Source: a virus. From it: DNA of 64,000 nt. The DNA is taken from IMG/VR virus record IMGVR_UViG_3300006793_000013. One strand, 5' to 3'. The notes under the pieces are model-generated. The model worked only from the letters and a program-made list of their open reading frames with translations. It was not told the origin of the DNA and ran no database searches. Position 1 is the first letter of the stretch; the number at the start of each line of letters is the position of its first letter. This document shows positions 17,195-25,741 of this stretch, piece by piece. The position numbers and the translations under genes were made by a program.

Positions 17195-19864
17195 TTAATC
17201 AAAATCAAACAATTTGTTAAAGTTGTTATCACTTCTTGTAGAGCTGATATCCCACTCTAACACACCAATAAGGTTACCTAGCTTTTCATCAATTACTGAA
17301 TTTTCCATTTCAGCATCGTTGAAAGGCAGTTTTTTAAACCATTCTGGCAAACGTAATTCATCTACAGGATACGCAACACTAGTGAATCCCATAGGGTTAT
17401 CTTTAACTTTACAAACAATTACTTTCGCACCATCTGTAATAGTTATGGAATATTTGTCATCTTCCATACGCTTTAAGGTATTCCAATTAATACTTGCACG
17501 AACATGTCCAGGCATATTTGCTTTACCTTGTTTCTTTTCTTTGTTGCCGTACTCAGTAATCTTGTTTGCACGTTTCGGACTACCTTTCTCCCAACCAGGT
17601 CTTGTTTTAAATTCAGTTCTAAATTCTGTAATGTAATCTAGTACGTCTTGTTGTTCTTTACCTGCTAGTACCATTTCTAATACATTACTCAAAAAGTCTT
17701 GAATAACAACAGGAGTATCAGAACGTTTCAAGTCTAAACCCATTGCTTTGATCTTACCTGGCTTTCCTTCAGTATCTACACGCTTACCTTCTACGTCATA
17801 GTACAGAACTGCATATCTTTTCTTTGTAATAAACAGACCTTTACTTGCAACAATCTCTCTTGCTGCCGCAATAACATCTGATCTGCTTTTAGGACAATGG
17901 AAAGTTTCAGCCATAAACTTAGGAAACGTAGTATTTGCTTCATCGCAGATTTGATCATACAATGCCATAACACTATCTTTATCCCAAGGAATGTTTCCTT
18001 TATCAATCTCTTCTTTTAACGTACTGTATGCACTAAAGTAAGATGAATCAGTATCACCATACACAATTGACTTACCTGTATGGTTGTACTCGCCTGTAAT
18101 AATCTCATTAACCTTTGCACTCATATGCTTAACAATCTGTCTACCTGTAAGTGTAGTTGACTGTCCAATACGGTTATCAAAGAATCTACAACCTGGATTA
18201 AGAATAGCACCATACAAACTGTTAAGTAGAATCTTTTTAACAAGTTGTCTTTTTGCCCAGTACTCTTCTTCGATAGGATTCTTTGCTTTGATTGCATCAC
18301 GCATCTTTGCCTGCATTTCTTTACGTTCTTTATACCAACGTTTTAGCAGTCCAGGAATAACACCTTCTTTTTCATATGTAAAGATGGTACCATTAGCACT
18401 TAGCATCCAAGGCTGATTGCTTTCAAAGATTAAATCATATACTTGTGCCGCACTAATTGTATCGCTTTTGTCGCTGTCTTCCCAGTCGATAGTAATCTGC
18501 CTACCTACTTCACGTTCCATAACAGAGTCAAACTCAACAGAACCAAATTGTCCTTCCCAAGCATTTGCAAAACTTTTACCTTTTGCCATTTCGCCTTCAA
18601 TACGTGCTTTTGTTCCGTCTTGTCTTAGTTGTCCTACAATTGTTTCAGGACCCATATTCAAAGCTCTAATAACAGATGGATACAGTGAATTCAAGTCAAC
18701 ACTACCAATCCATTCATGAATACCTTTCTTAGGATATGCAACATAAGCACCTGCCGCAGGCTCACTACCTGGTTCACGTCTTACTCTGTTAGGAACAATA
18801 AACCCACGTCTGTGTGCTTCGTTAATAATACCTTGTTCTGTAACAGCAACAGCACCCATAGTAGTTTGAATAAGAACTGTATTCTCATGTGCAACAGTAT
18901 TAGCAAGATCAATAAATTTAAGTTTCTTATCTAGTTTGTCAAGTAGTGCAGTATCTTGAATGTTATATTCAATAAATGTTCTAAAGTCGTTGTTGTAAAG
19001 TGAATCAAGAGAACCTTCATAAACTGTTTTTGTTTCGCCAACTTCTAGTTCGCCAATAGCATCAAGTCGATATGTATGACGTTCTTCGTAGTTATATTTT
19101 CTATAAAGTTCTAGTGAGTCAACATGCACTCTACCAATTAAATCATATGTAACAGATGTTTTACCAAACTTTTCATACTCACGTTTTTTAGGATACTGAT
19201 TCCAAAGACATAATCTTTTTGTATCTTCTTTGCTTAACGTTTTTGTAATTCTATTAACTGTGTACGGAATATCAAATCCTTCGCTGTTCCAGCCACTTAG
19301 TACATCAGCATCTTGTATAAGATCTAAAAATGCATCTAGCATTTCGCTTTCTTTTTCAAACAGCACAACATTGTCAATGCCTTCAATAGTTTTCTTTGCT
19401 TCTTCCATTGAAAGTGTCTTAGGCGGAATAGCAAGACATACCATTGTTTCCATCCACTGCATGTATACAGCAATTGAAGTAATAGGCATAAAAGCATCTT
19501 CAGGAGATGCATAACCTCGCTCAGGATCAAAGTCAACCTCAATATCAAAAAAAGCAACGTTTAGTTTAGGTGCGTCTTGATTGAGATAGTTGTCCTCAAG
19601 CATTCTATAAATTGGATTGATGTCGCTCTCATAAAGTTTTTTGTTGCTGTGAATAGCAAGTTCTTTACGAAGTTCTTTGATGTTTTTACAAGTTACCCTT
19701 GATAATGGTTTGCCATAGATGGATTTATATTTTCCTCTAGGATCCTCGTAATAAAAAATATGTCTGGGATTGTATTCTCGATAATGACGTTTGCCTTTAT
19801 CGTCACGTTCAACAACGTTGATGGTGTCTTGCCCTCTATCATAGAAAGCGTCTACGTAACTCAT
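17195..19864 (-). CDS. family B DNA polymerase (gp43-like)
   Basis: FFDIE and WNSEGFDIPY exonuclease motifs; DLNSLYPS, KILLNSLYG, YGDTDS, KKRY; C-terminal FNKLFDF. Confidence 0.97.
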   Translation of the reverse strand: MSYVDAFYDRGQDTINVVERDDKGKRHYREYNPRHIFYYEDPRGKYKSIYGKPLSRVTCKNIKELRKELAIHSNKKLYESDINPIYRMLEDNYLNQDAPKLNVAFFDIEVDFDPERGYASPEDAFMPITSIAVYMQWMETMVCLAIPPKTLSMEEAKKTIEGIDNVVLFEKESEMLDAFLDLIQDADVLSGWNSEGFDIPYTVNRITKTLSKEDTKRLCLWNQYPKKREYEKFGKTSVTYDLIGRVHVDSLELYRKYNYEERHTYRLDAIGELEVGETKTVYEGSLDSLYNNDFRTFIEYNIQDTALLDKLDKKLKFIDLANTVAHENTVLIQTTMGAVAVTEQGIINEAHRRGFIVPNRVRREPGSEPAAGAYVAYPKKGIHEWIGSVDLNSLYPSVIRALNMGPETIVGQLRQDGTKARIEGEMAKGKSFANAWEGQFGSVEFDSVMEREVGRQITIDWEDSDKSDTISAAQVYDLIFESNQPWMLSANGTIFTYEKEGVIPGLLKRWYKERKEMQAKMRDAIKAKNPIEEEYWAKRQLVKKILLNSLYGAILNPGCRFFDNRIGQSTTLTGRQIVKHMSAKVNEIITGEYNHTGKSIVYGDTDSSYFSAYSTLKEEIDKGNIPWDKDSVMALYDQICDEANTTFPKFMAETFHCPKSRSDVIAAAREIVASKGLFITKKRYAVLYYDVEGKRVDTEGKPGKIKAMGLDLKRSDTPVVIQDFLSNVLEMVLAGKEQQDVLDYITEFRTEFKTRPGWEKGSPKRANKITEYGNKEKKQGKANMPGHVRASINWNTLKRMEDDKYSITITDGAKVIVCKVKDNPMGFTSVAYPVDELRLPEWFKKLPFNDAEMENSVIDEKLGNLIGVLEWDISSTRSDNNFNKLFDFD

Positions 19865-19956
19865 GTTTTCTCCTGTATGTCACTTCTGGCTGACAAGTAC
19901 CTAATAAGCAGTTTGTGGCCTGCGATTACCTTCTTCATTAATACTTATCTTTCTAC

Positions 19957-20181
19957 TTACAGTGTGTATAGTAAACCGGCTACACCAACTAATGCTAATG
20001 TAAGGTTAGTTACAATTAGTGCAGGTTCGTTCCACATACAACTTACGATTAACCAAATGAAACTACCAAGTACTAATACAACAGGCCCTGCAGGATAAAA
20101 TCCTAAAGCATTAATGCCTGTGCCAAGTATTAGAATAACCGTGGCAGTCCATTTTAAAAATATATCTGATTTTAATATCAT
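19957..20181 (-). CDS. small multi-pass membrane protein
   Basis: 74 aa, almost entirely hydrophobic. Confidence 0.6.
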   Translation of the reverse strand: MILKSDIFLKWTATVILILGTGINALGFYPAGPVVLVLGSFIWLIVSCMWNEPALIVTNLTLALVGVAGLLYTL

Positions 20182-20187
20182 ACATGT

Positions 20188-20216
20188 ATTATACGATATT
20201 TTTAGGTTAATGTCAA
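20188..20216 (-). promoter_or_regulatory. sigma70-type promoter, leaderless
   Basis: Perfect TTGACA-17-TATAAT then ACATGT and ATG(20181). Confidence 0.8.
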
Positions 20217-20219
20217 GTA

Positions 20220-20501
20220 CTAAATTATATTAAGTGCAACAAGAAAGCCAAAAACGTTTATACATGCAAAGTACCCTGTTAGTAGCATAACCCAAGCAGC
20301 ACCACGTCTTACTGATGCGTAGCACTGTGTTACACTACCTACAAAGAAAAATGGATATATAATAACCATATTTGGATCTTGTGCATTAAAAGCAAGTGTT
20401 AGACTTGCTATTACTGTAAAGATAAAACTAACTAGCTCAAAACCAAATGCTGTGGTGTCAGACTTATAACTGTCTATCCAAAAGTGTTTTATCTTTTCCA
20501 A
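20220..20501 (-). CDS. small multi-pass membrane protein
   Basis: 93 aa, TTG start, about three hydrophobic helices. Confidence 0.6.
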   Translation of the reverse strand: MEKIKHFWIDSYKSDTTAFGFELVSFIFTVIASLTLAFNAQDPNMVIIYPFFFVGSVTQCYASVRRGAAWVMLLTGYFACINVFGFLVALNII

Positions 20502-20780
20502 TTATTCACTCTCAGTATTACCGGACGGTAAATTATTTGTGATTCCAAGAATGCCTTCGATGTCTTCCCACTCTTCTAAGTGTTTAGCCCAATCGTCTTT
20601 GTGAGCAATTTTAATTGCTTTATTAATTACTGATGGTTTGATCTGTAGTTCTTCTGCTACTGCTTTTACAGTATCCTTAAGACCTTCATTAAGATCCTCT
20701 ACTTCACGTAGAACATTTGAACCTTCTTTGATCAATCTCTCTAGTTTAGCCTTTTCTTCTGGCCCGTACATTTTTGACAT
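20502..20780 (-). CDS. DsbA/GapR-like dsDNA-binding protein
   Basis: REVEDLNEGLKDTVKAVAEELQIKPSVINKAIKIAH helical pattern. Confidence 0.45.
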   Translation of the reverse strand: MSKMYGPEEKAKLERLIKEGSNVLREVEDLNEGLKDTVKAVAEELQIKPSVINKAIKIAHKDDWAKHLEEWEDIEGILGITNNLPSGNTESE

Positions 20781-20805
20781 AAATTATTCTCCTGGTTGAA
20801 GTACT

Positions 20806-20834
20806 ATTATATAGTCATAAAAAAAGCCAGTCAA
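20806..20834 (-). promoter_or_regulatory. sigma70-type promoter overlapping a terminator
   Basis: TTGACT-17-TATAAT; the -35 box lies in the terminator hairpin. Confidence 0.7.
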
Positions 20835-20850
20835 GTTAATAACTGGCTTT
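20818..20850 (-). terminator. intrinsic terminator ending the internal-protein cluster
   Basis: AAAGCCAGT/ACTGGCTTT stem, T7 run on the minus strand. Confidence 0.8.
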
Positions 20851-20877
20851 AGTTTAATTTTGGTTAATTCTTTTTAC

Positions 20878-21000
20878 TTATTTTGCATTACAATCACAAT
20901 GCTTACAAGTCGGTTTGCAATTACAGTCTGCTGCTTTTACATCTGCACCGCAACACTCATCTGAGCAATAGCCTGCTTTTGCTTCACTCAGTCCTTTTTT
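20878..21000 (-). other. -1 frame Cys-rich extension of the 472-aa protein, via A_AAA_AAG
   Basis: Frame GLSEAKAGYCSDECCGADVKAADCNCKPTCKHCDCNAK* has no own ATG (TGA at 21007-21009) and ends just before the terminator; heptamer at 20994-21000. Confidence 0.6.
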
Positions 21001-22406
21001 TTTGACTCAGTAAGTCCGTCTTCGTCCATAACGTCATACATTTCAAAACGTCCACCGTTACGCTCGTAAATCAATCCTGCAAAAATTTCTGCTTTGTTTG
21101 ACTCTTCAACTTTTGAAGTAGCAACTCTTTGAGCCCAGTTCCAAAGTGTTTCGTCAACTGGATCAATTTGCTGTTGTCCACCGCTTTCTTTTACAAGTTT
21201 TAGCATTTCAACAAATGACATGTTTGAAGGATCTTTAATAACTTCAACTGACTCGTTAACTGATTCTTTCATGTCTTTTTTGCAATCGTCGATCATGTCT
21301 TTTAATTTCTTTTGATCACAGTCTGGATGCATTTTGCAAATTTCTGCTTTAGACTTACCGTCTTTACACATTTTCTTTATGTGTGCTTTGGATGGCATCT
21401 TGCCGTCTTTTGCTTCGTTAACTGACTCGTTAGTTTTCTTTGCTTTAACTTCAGACATACATGCTTCGCACATCTCTTTTAATTTCTTTTGATCACAGTT
21501 TGGATACTTCTTGCAAATTTCATTTACTTTCATACCTTTGCTGCACATCATTAAAATGTCTTTCTTCTTAGGCATTTTTTCTGCTGTAATTACGTCTGCT
21601 GCTTCTTCAACTGACTCTTTCTTTTTGCCGAAGAATTTCTTTTGCTTATCTGACATTTCTTTTTTGCCTGACTTCTTGCCGCCTTTAGCATCTTTAGCAG
21701 CTTTCTTCATTGGCTCTTTCTTGTTACCGTCTTTGTCTAAGTCTAAAAAGTCTGGCTTACCTGCTTCAGCAACCATGTCATCGAACTTAGCTCTAAATGA
21801 CTCTTCTTTCTTTTTAGATGATTGGAACTCTTTAGATACTTTAACGTACTCATCGCCTTTCAAACCTTCAACATCTTTGTTGTGAGTTTTCTTAAGCCAT
21901 GCTGCAAATTCTGTATCTTTGTCTTTTTCGGATAGCTCTTCGTTTACAGTTTTTGCAACTTCGTCATCTGATTCTTTTACTTCTTTGGACTTAGAATCTT
22001 TTTCAACTTTAGCATCTTCTTTGGCTTTTTTCTTTTTAGGTTTAGCAGCACCGTGTTCTTCTAGTGTAACAATTTCCATGTCTGCTGCTGGAACTTTCTT
22101 TTCTACACCGTGTTTAAATTGTACATCGTACCACTCAACATTACCGTAGTCATCTGGAATAGCATGACTTTCGTAAACTGGTTTACCTTTACCATATAAT
22201 GGATGGTTAACAGTTGTTGCACAATCGTGGTCTTTTGAATGGCAAAGTTCTCTAACTTCGTCATCTGTATAACCTTCAAATACAACTGCTTGTGGTTTAT
22301 AATCAACGTTAGCGGCTCTTGCTATACTTTCTAGCGTACCGTCAAATGTGTTTTCGTTTTTTGCTTCCTCTCTTGGAAGTTTGTTTAATAAATTTCTAAA
22401 GTCCAT
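20988..22406 (-). CDS. K/E-rich modular protein, candidate head-internal/scaffold protein
   Basis: 472 aa; ESVEE/ESVNE linkers, DLDKDG motif, duplicated Cys-rich module. Confidence 0.65.
   Translation of the reverse strand: MDFRNLLNKLPREEAKNENTFDGTLESIARAANVDYKPQAVVFEGYTDDEVRELCHSKDHDCATTVNHPLYGKGKPVYESHAIPDDYGNVEWYDVQFKHGVEKKVPAADMEIVTLEEHGAAKPKKKKAKEDAKVEKDSKSKEVKESDDEVAKTVNEELSEKDKDTEFAAWLKKTHNKDVEGLKGDEYVKVSKEFQSSKKKEESFRAKFDDMVAEAGKPDFLDLDKDGNKKEPMKKAAKDAKGGKKSGKKEMSDKQKKFFGKKKESVEEAADVITAEKMPKKKDILMMCSKGMKVNEICKKYPNCDQKKLKEMCEACMSEVKAKKTNESVNEAKDGKMPSKAHIKKMCKDGKSKAEICKMHPDCDQKKLKDMIDDCKKDMKESVNESVEVIKDPSNMSFVEMLKLVKESGGQQQIDPVDETLWNWAQRVATSKVEESNKAEIFAGLIYERNGGRFEMYDVMDEDGLTESKKKD
21282..21578 (-). 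repeat. two copies of a 40-aa Cys-rich module
   Basis: aa 277-316 and 336-375; 22-nt exact DNA match tttaatttcttttgatcacagt. Confidence 0.8.
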
Positions 22407-22410
22407 GATG

Positions 22411-22701
22411 CTATCCTTTTAAGAGCTCCCACTCTGTTGTTAGTTTATCTCGAATACTTTCGCAAGTCCCAGCTTCGTATTCTCGTTCTCCTTTATTCAT
22501 AGCATTATCTGCCTGAATCTCATACTCCATTCTTTCACGAACAGAATCTAAGTAATCGTTAGATAGAGTAATATAACTGCTAATCCAACCTTGTAATTCG
22601 TCGCCTGGCTCAATCATTTTATATAGCGCAATAGCGTTCTTAGCAACGTTTGCTAATTCTGCTTTTGCCATTGTGGCTTCATGATCGGGCTTCTTTTCCA
22701 T
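22411..22701 (-). CDS. hypothetical protein
   Basis: 96 aa; DHEATMAK...GWISSYIT...DYL pattern; TAAATA-N5-ATG start. Confidence 0.65.
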   Translation of the reverse strand: MEKKPDHEATMAKAELANVAKNAIALYKMIEPGDELQGWISSYITLSNDYLDSVRERMEYEIQADNAMNKGEREYEAGTCESIRDKLTTEWELLKG

Positions 22702-22706
22702 ACTAA

Positions 22707-22712
22707 TATTTA
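22707..22712 (-). promoter_or_regulatory. putative late promoter, leaderless
   Basis: TAAATA-TTAGT-ATG(22701). Confidence 0.55.
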
Positions 22713-23000
22713 TCTTTTGAGCGCAGCGCCGCCACCAAAAATGTTTCCTTTCATGTCTAGTGCATTTACTGCTGTGCCGTCTTTTTTCTTCTTCTGCACA
22801 GTTTTAGGCGGTTTAGGCGCACTTGTACCGCTTTTTCCTGGAGAACCTGTATAACTTTTATTACCAATTGAGCCTTTTCCTATAGCAAGTTGTGGACTTA
22901 CAACTGTTGCTATATTGCCAGAAGCTGTAGCACCTGCTGTAGCAGATTCCATTCTCTTTTTATTTTGCTCAATGGCATTGAATAATTCATTAAGTTTCAT
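22710..23000 (-). CDS. candidate head-internal protein
   Basis: MKLNELF N-terminus, then low-complexity basic chain. Confidence 0.6.
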   Translation of the reverse strand: MKLNELFNAIEQNKKRMESATAGATASGNIATVVSPQLAIGKGSIGNKSYTGSPGKSGTSAPKPPKTVQKKKKDGTAVNALDMKGNIFGGGAALKR

Positions 23001-23004
23001 ATTA

Positions 23005-24099
23005 CTATTTACCCTTTTTACGACCTGATTTCATATTAGCACACCAGTGATACATTCTACCTTTTTCACCACCTGCATTCTTTGCTTTTTTACGTAGGCT
23101 TGTAACTGATCCGTTACAACTAGCACCAGACTTCTTTACTCGTCCTGGTCTGCTTTTGCCTTTCTTTTTACCGTCAGCAAAGTTTTCAACTACTGCATTT
23201 ACAGTTAAAAACAATTTAGCAACGTTTACATTAGTTTCACCTAGCATTTGTAATGCAGCATATCTATGATGTCCGTTGATAATTTTGTTATTGCAATCTA
23301 CAATAATAGGAGCATATGAACCTTCTGAAATTTTATCTATTTGCTTTTTAAAATTTTCAAGAACAAATTCATTTTGTACTGGAATAATGTCACCTATCTC
23401 TACTGTCTCTACAGTATGTCTAATATGTTCTAGGTGCTTATTTTTAATTTGGGGTAAATCTTCTCTTTCGTAATTTTCTTCTTTTGTTGCTTCAATTTTT
23501 GCAACTTCAAGTCCAAGATTGTTAAACAAGTTTTTTAAGCCTGAAACACTTTTTAGTGCCTGTAGCATTAGTTGCTGTTCGTCTTCTGCACGTCTATCAT
23601 AAAACTGTATAAACTTTTTAGCATTTTCTGGAGTAATGTATACCATGCCGCCTGAACTTGCACCGCCTGTATCTTTATAACTTAACGGAAAAGGATTATT
23701 ATCTTTTCTCATTGCTATGTTATTAATAACATCAATTTTAGGACGTTGCTGTTTTACAACAAGTTCTTGTACACTGTCTTCTTTAGTTTTTTTCTTTTTG
23801 TTTTTAGGAAACAGTTTCTTAACATTCATATACTCTCCGCCAACTGGAACGTCTGCGGTAGCATTTTGTTTTGTTACGATACCAACACCTGCTGCTTCTT
23901 CAGATGTTTTCTTTGTAGGCAATCCTTTATGCTTTGTTTTAGCAAAGTCCTTTACATCAGAAACTTTCATATCTTTAGCAACTTCACCGGCTTCGCCGCC
24001 TTTTTTCATGTCGCCCTTTTGCATAGCTCTTACTATACCAAAGAACTGCTGTTGCTTTTTGCTTACTGCTTTTTCAGATACAAATTCAAATGATCTCAT
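23005..24099 (-). CDS. modular protein with ParB/Srx-like domain
   Basis: MRSFEFVSE start; PIIVD..NKIINGHHRYAAL; C-terminal basic module ending HWCANMKSGRKK. Confidence 0.6.
   Translation of the reverse strand: MRSFEFVSEKAVSKKQQQFFGIVRAMQKGDMKKGGEAGEVAKDMKVSDVKDFAKTKHKGLPTKKTSEEAAGVGIVTKQNATADVPVGGEYMNVKKLFPKNKKKKTKEDSVQELVVKQQRPKIDVINNIAMRKDNNPFPLSYKDTGGASSGGMVYITPENAKKFIQFYDRRAEDEQQLMLQALKSVSGLKNLFNNLGLEVAKIEATKEENYEREDLPQIKNKHLEHIRHTVETVEIGDIIPVQNEFVLENFKKQIDKISEGSYAPIIVDCNNKIINGHHRYAALQMLGETNVNVAKLFLTVNAVVENFADGKKKGKSRPGRVKKSGASCNGSVTSLRKKAKNAGGEKGRMYHWCANMKSGRKKGK
23006..23011 (-). promoter_or_regulatory. putative late promoter, leaderless
   Basis: TAAATA-GTAAT-ATG(23000). Confidence 0.55.
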
Positions 24100-24296
24100 A
24101 TCGGTTTCTCACCTGTGAACTTAGGTAATGAAAACCATAACTTAAACCATTCAGGGGTGCCTGGTTCAATCTTATGCTTCTTCATTAGTTCTCCCTTTTC
24201 ATTACCACTAATACTAATATTGCTGCCTTCCCAAGGTGTGTAACCTTTGAATTCATTTATACCGGCAAGTCTAACAATATCGTCTAATTCAGACAT
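24096..24296 (-). CDS. hypothetical protein
   Basis: 66 aa; MSELDDIVRLAGINE...IEPGTPEWFKLWF. Confidence 0.6.
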   Translation of the reverse strand: MSELDDIVRLAGINEFKGYTPWEGSNISISGNEKGELMKKHKIEPGTPEWFKLWFSLPKFTGEKPI

Positions 24297-24802
24297 TACA
24301 TCTTAACGCAGTTGTCTACTGTTTTGCCACCCTTCTTCTTGGTGCCCATTCTTTTATATCCTTTCCAACATACTTTGCCGTCAACGCCTTTTTGCTTTTC
24401 TTCGTTGATGCTTTCGTACTGTTGTTGAATATGCTCTGGCATTGCTGTGAATCTTGGCTTAGCACATTCTGGACAAAATGATTCTTCTTCCTCGTGTCCT
24501 GGTTTATCCATGTCTGGATTATCAGGTGGATTTTTAACTTTGTCTAAAACGTCCTTTTGACTTTCTGCCCACTTCATTAATTTCATAATTTTTTCTTGTG
24601 GCAGTTTACAACGTTTAACTAGTTCTTCAATATTTCTTGCTCCGCCTGGCGCACCATAGCGTGTTAGTTCGTCACCTACTCTTGAAAGCACTAATGATAA
24701 TGCATCGTCTTTAGTAGTGACAGCCTTGTCCATAAGAACTCTGCCGATACGAGATAGCTTCGCTCCATGTGGATGATCATATGCTGATTCTTTATTCATC
24801 AT
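24296..24802 (-). CDS. hypothetical modular protein
   Basis: Likely start MMNKES at 24802; CPEC and terminal CWKGYKRMGTKKKGGKTVDNCVKM. Confidence 0.6.
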   Translation of the reverse strand: MMNKESAYDHPHGAKLSRIGRVLMDKAVTTKDDALSLVLSRVGDELTRYGAPGGARNIEELVKRCKLPQEKIMKLMKWAESQKDVLDKVKNPPDNPDMDKPGHEEEESFCPECAKPRFTAMPEHIQQQYESINEEKQKGVDGKVCWKGYKRMGTKKKGGKTVDNCVKM

Positions 24803-25412
24803 TTTCCCCTGTGTTATCATTGATCCCCATACCTTTTCTAACCGCAGCGTATAATTCATCTGCATGTTCTCCTGCACCGGTATGTTGTGCAAATTTGTTT
24901 ATGTCTCCGTTAGCAGCATCGGCTCTTGCCATTGTTCCACTAATACCTTCTACGCCATCTGAACCATCTTCACGTTGTCCGCTAGATTCAAAATTCATTG
25001 TTTCAAATTTATAGTAACCGTGTCCTTTTCCTTCGACACCGTTATAATCTTTTATAAGTTTAGACATCATCTCAAGACGATCACTTCCTGCAACAAATGT
25101 TATATGATTGTAACCTCTTTCATGTAATGAAGTACAAATTTTAGGTAGTGTATTCAAGTCTGTGTTTTCTACAACGTTGTTTGCAAAGTCAGGATGTACT
25201 TTTCTAATAAAGTCTACTTTGGTTGAATAGTCTAAAGGATTCTTTTTTGCGTCTTGTGTTTGGCTAGTATATATTTCTAATTCGCCACCAGCTTTCTTCA
25301 TTGACTTAAAAACTTCTTTATGTCCAAGTGTAGGTGGATTGAATCTGCCAAAGCAAAAAGTCATATGCTTATCGGCATCATCTTCAGTTAAAAATATTTC
25401 ATTAATTCTCAT
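24792..25412 (-). CDS. HIGH-family nucleotidyltransferase (cytidylyltransferase/NMNAT-like)
   Basis: FGRFNPPTLGH, KNPL..KVDF, VAGSDR, ISGTMAR; MRINEIF N-terminus. Confidence 0.75.
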   Translation of the reverse strand: MRINEIFLTEDDADKHMTFCFGRFNPPTLGHKEVFKSMKKAGGELEIYTSQTQDAKKNPLDYSTKVDFIRKVHPDFANNVVENTDLNTLPKICTSLHERGYNHITFVAGSDRLEMMSKLIKDYNGVEGKGHGYYKFETMNFESSGQREDGSDGVEGISGTMARADAANGDINKFAQHTGAGEHADELYAAVRKGMGINDNTGENDE

Positions 25413-25740
25413 AGTCGCCGTTCTCTAAATGCATCTCTTGCTCTTTAGCAATTTGTCTTGCTAATGAAATCATGTTTTCTCTAGAAAACTTTTCTTCTGG
25501 TTTATCGACACCAAATTTGTTGCAATACATATCACAACATTTTTCCACAGGCTTTATATAAATTTTATAAGCATTTGGATGTCCTCTGTATTTTTCATGT
25601 TTCTTAATTGCTGGAAACATTACAGTAGACATAACTTCATTGTCATTGTCCATAAACACTTTCAAATCGTCGTGCCAGTTAATATCATCTTCTTTATCAT
25701 TAGGGGCACCGATAGGAGAGAAAAGTTCTTTTAATAACAT
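25402..25740 (-). CDS. hypothetical protein
   Basis: Likely start MLLKELFS at 25740. Confidence 0.55.
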   Translation of the reverse strand: MLLKELFSPIGAPNDKEDDINWHDDLKVFMDNDNEVMSTVMFPAIKKHEKYRGHPNAYKIYIKPVEKCCDMYCNKFGVDKPEEKFSRENMISLARQIAKEQEMHLENGDYEN

Positions 25741-25741
25741 A

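Noticed and set aside
17214-20098. Plus-strand ORFs antisense to polB, and similar ORFs opposite clpA, fibre genes and uvsE
   Set aside because: Shadow ORFs of long genes, without SD, motifs or plausible composition
24792-24892. Frameshift fusion of the nucleotidyltransferase with the next ORF
   Set aside because: Explained by coupled ATGATGAATAA start/stop with a GGGG SD; it would need a +1 shift with no known slippery motif
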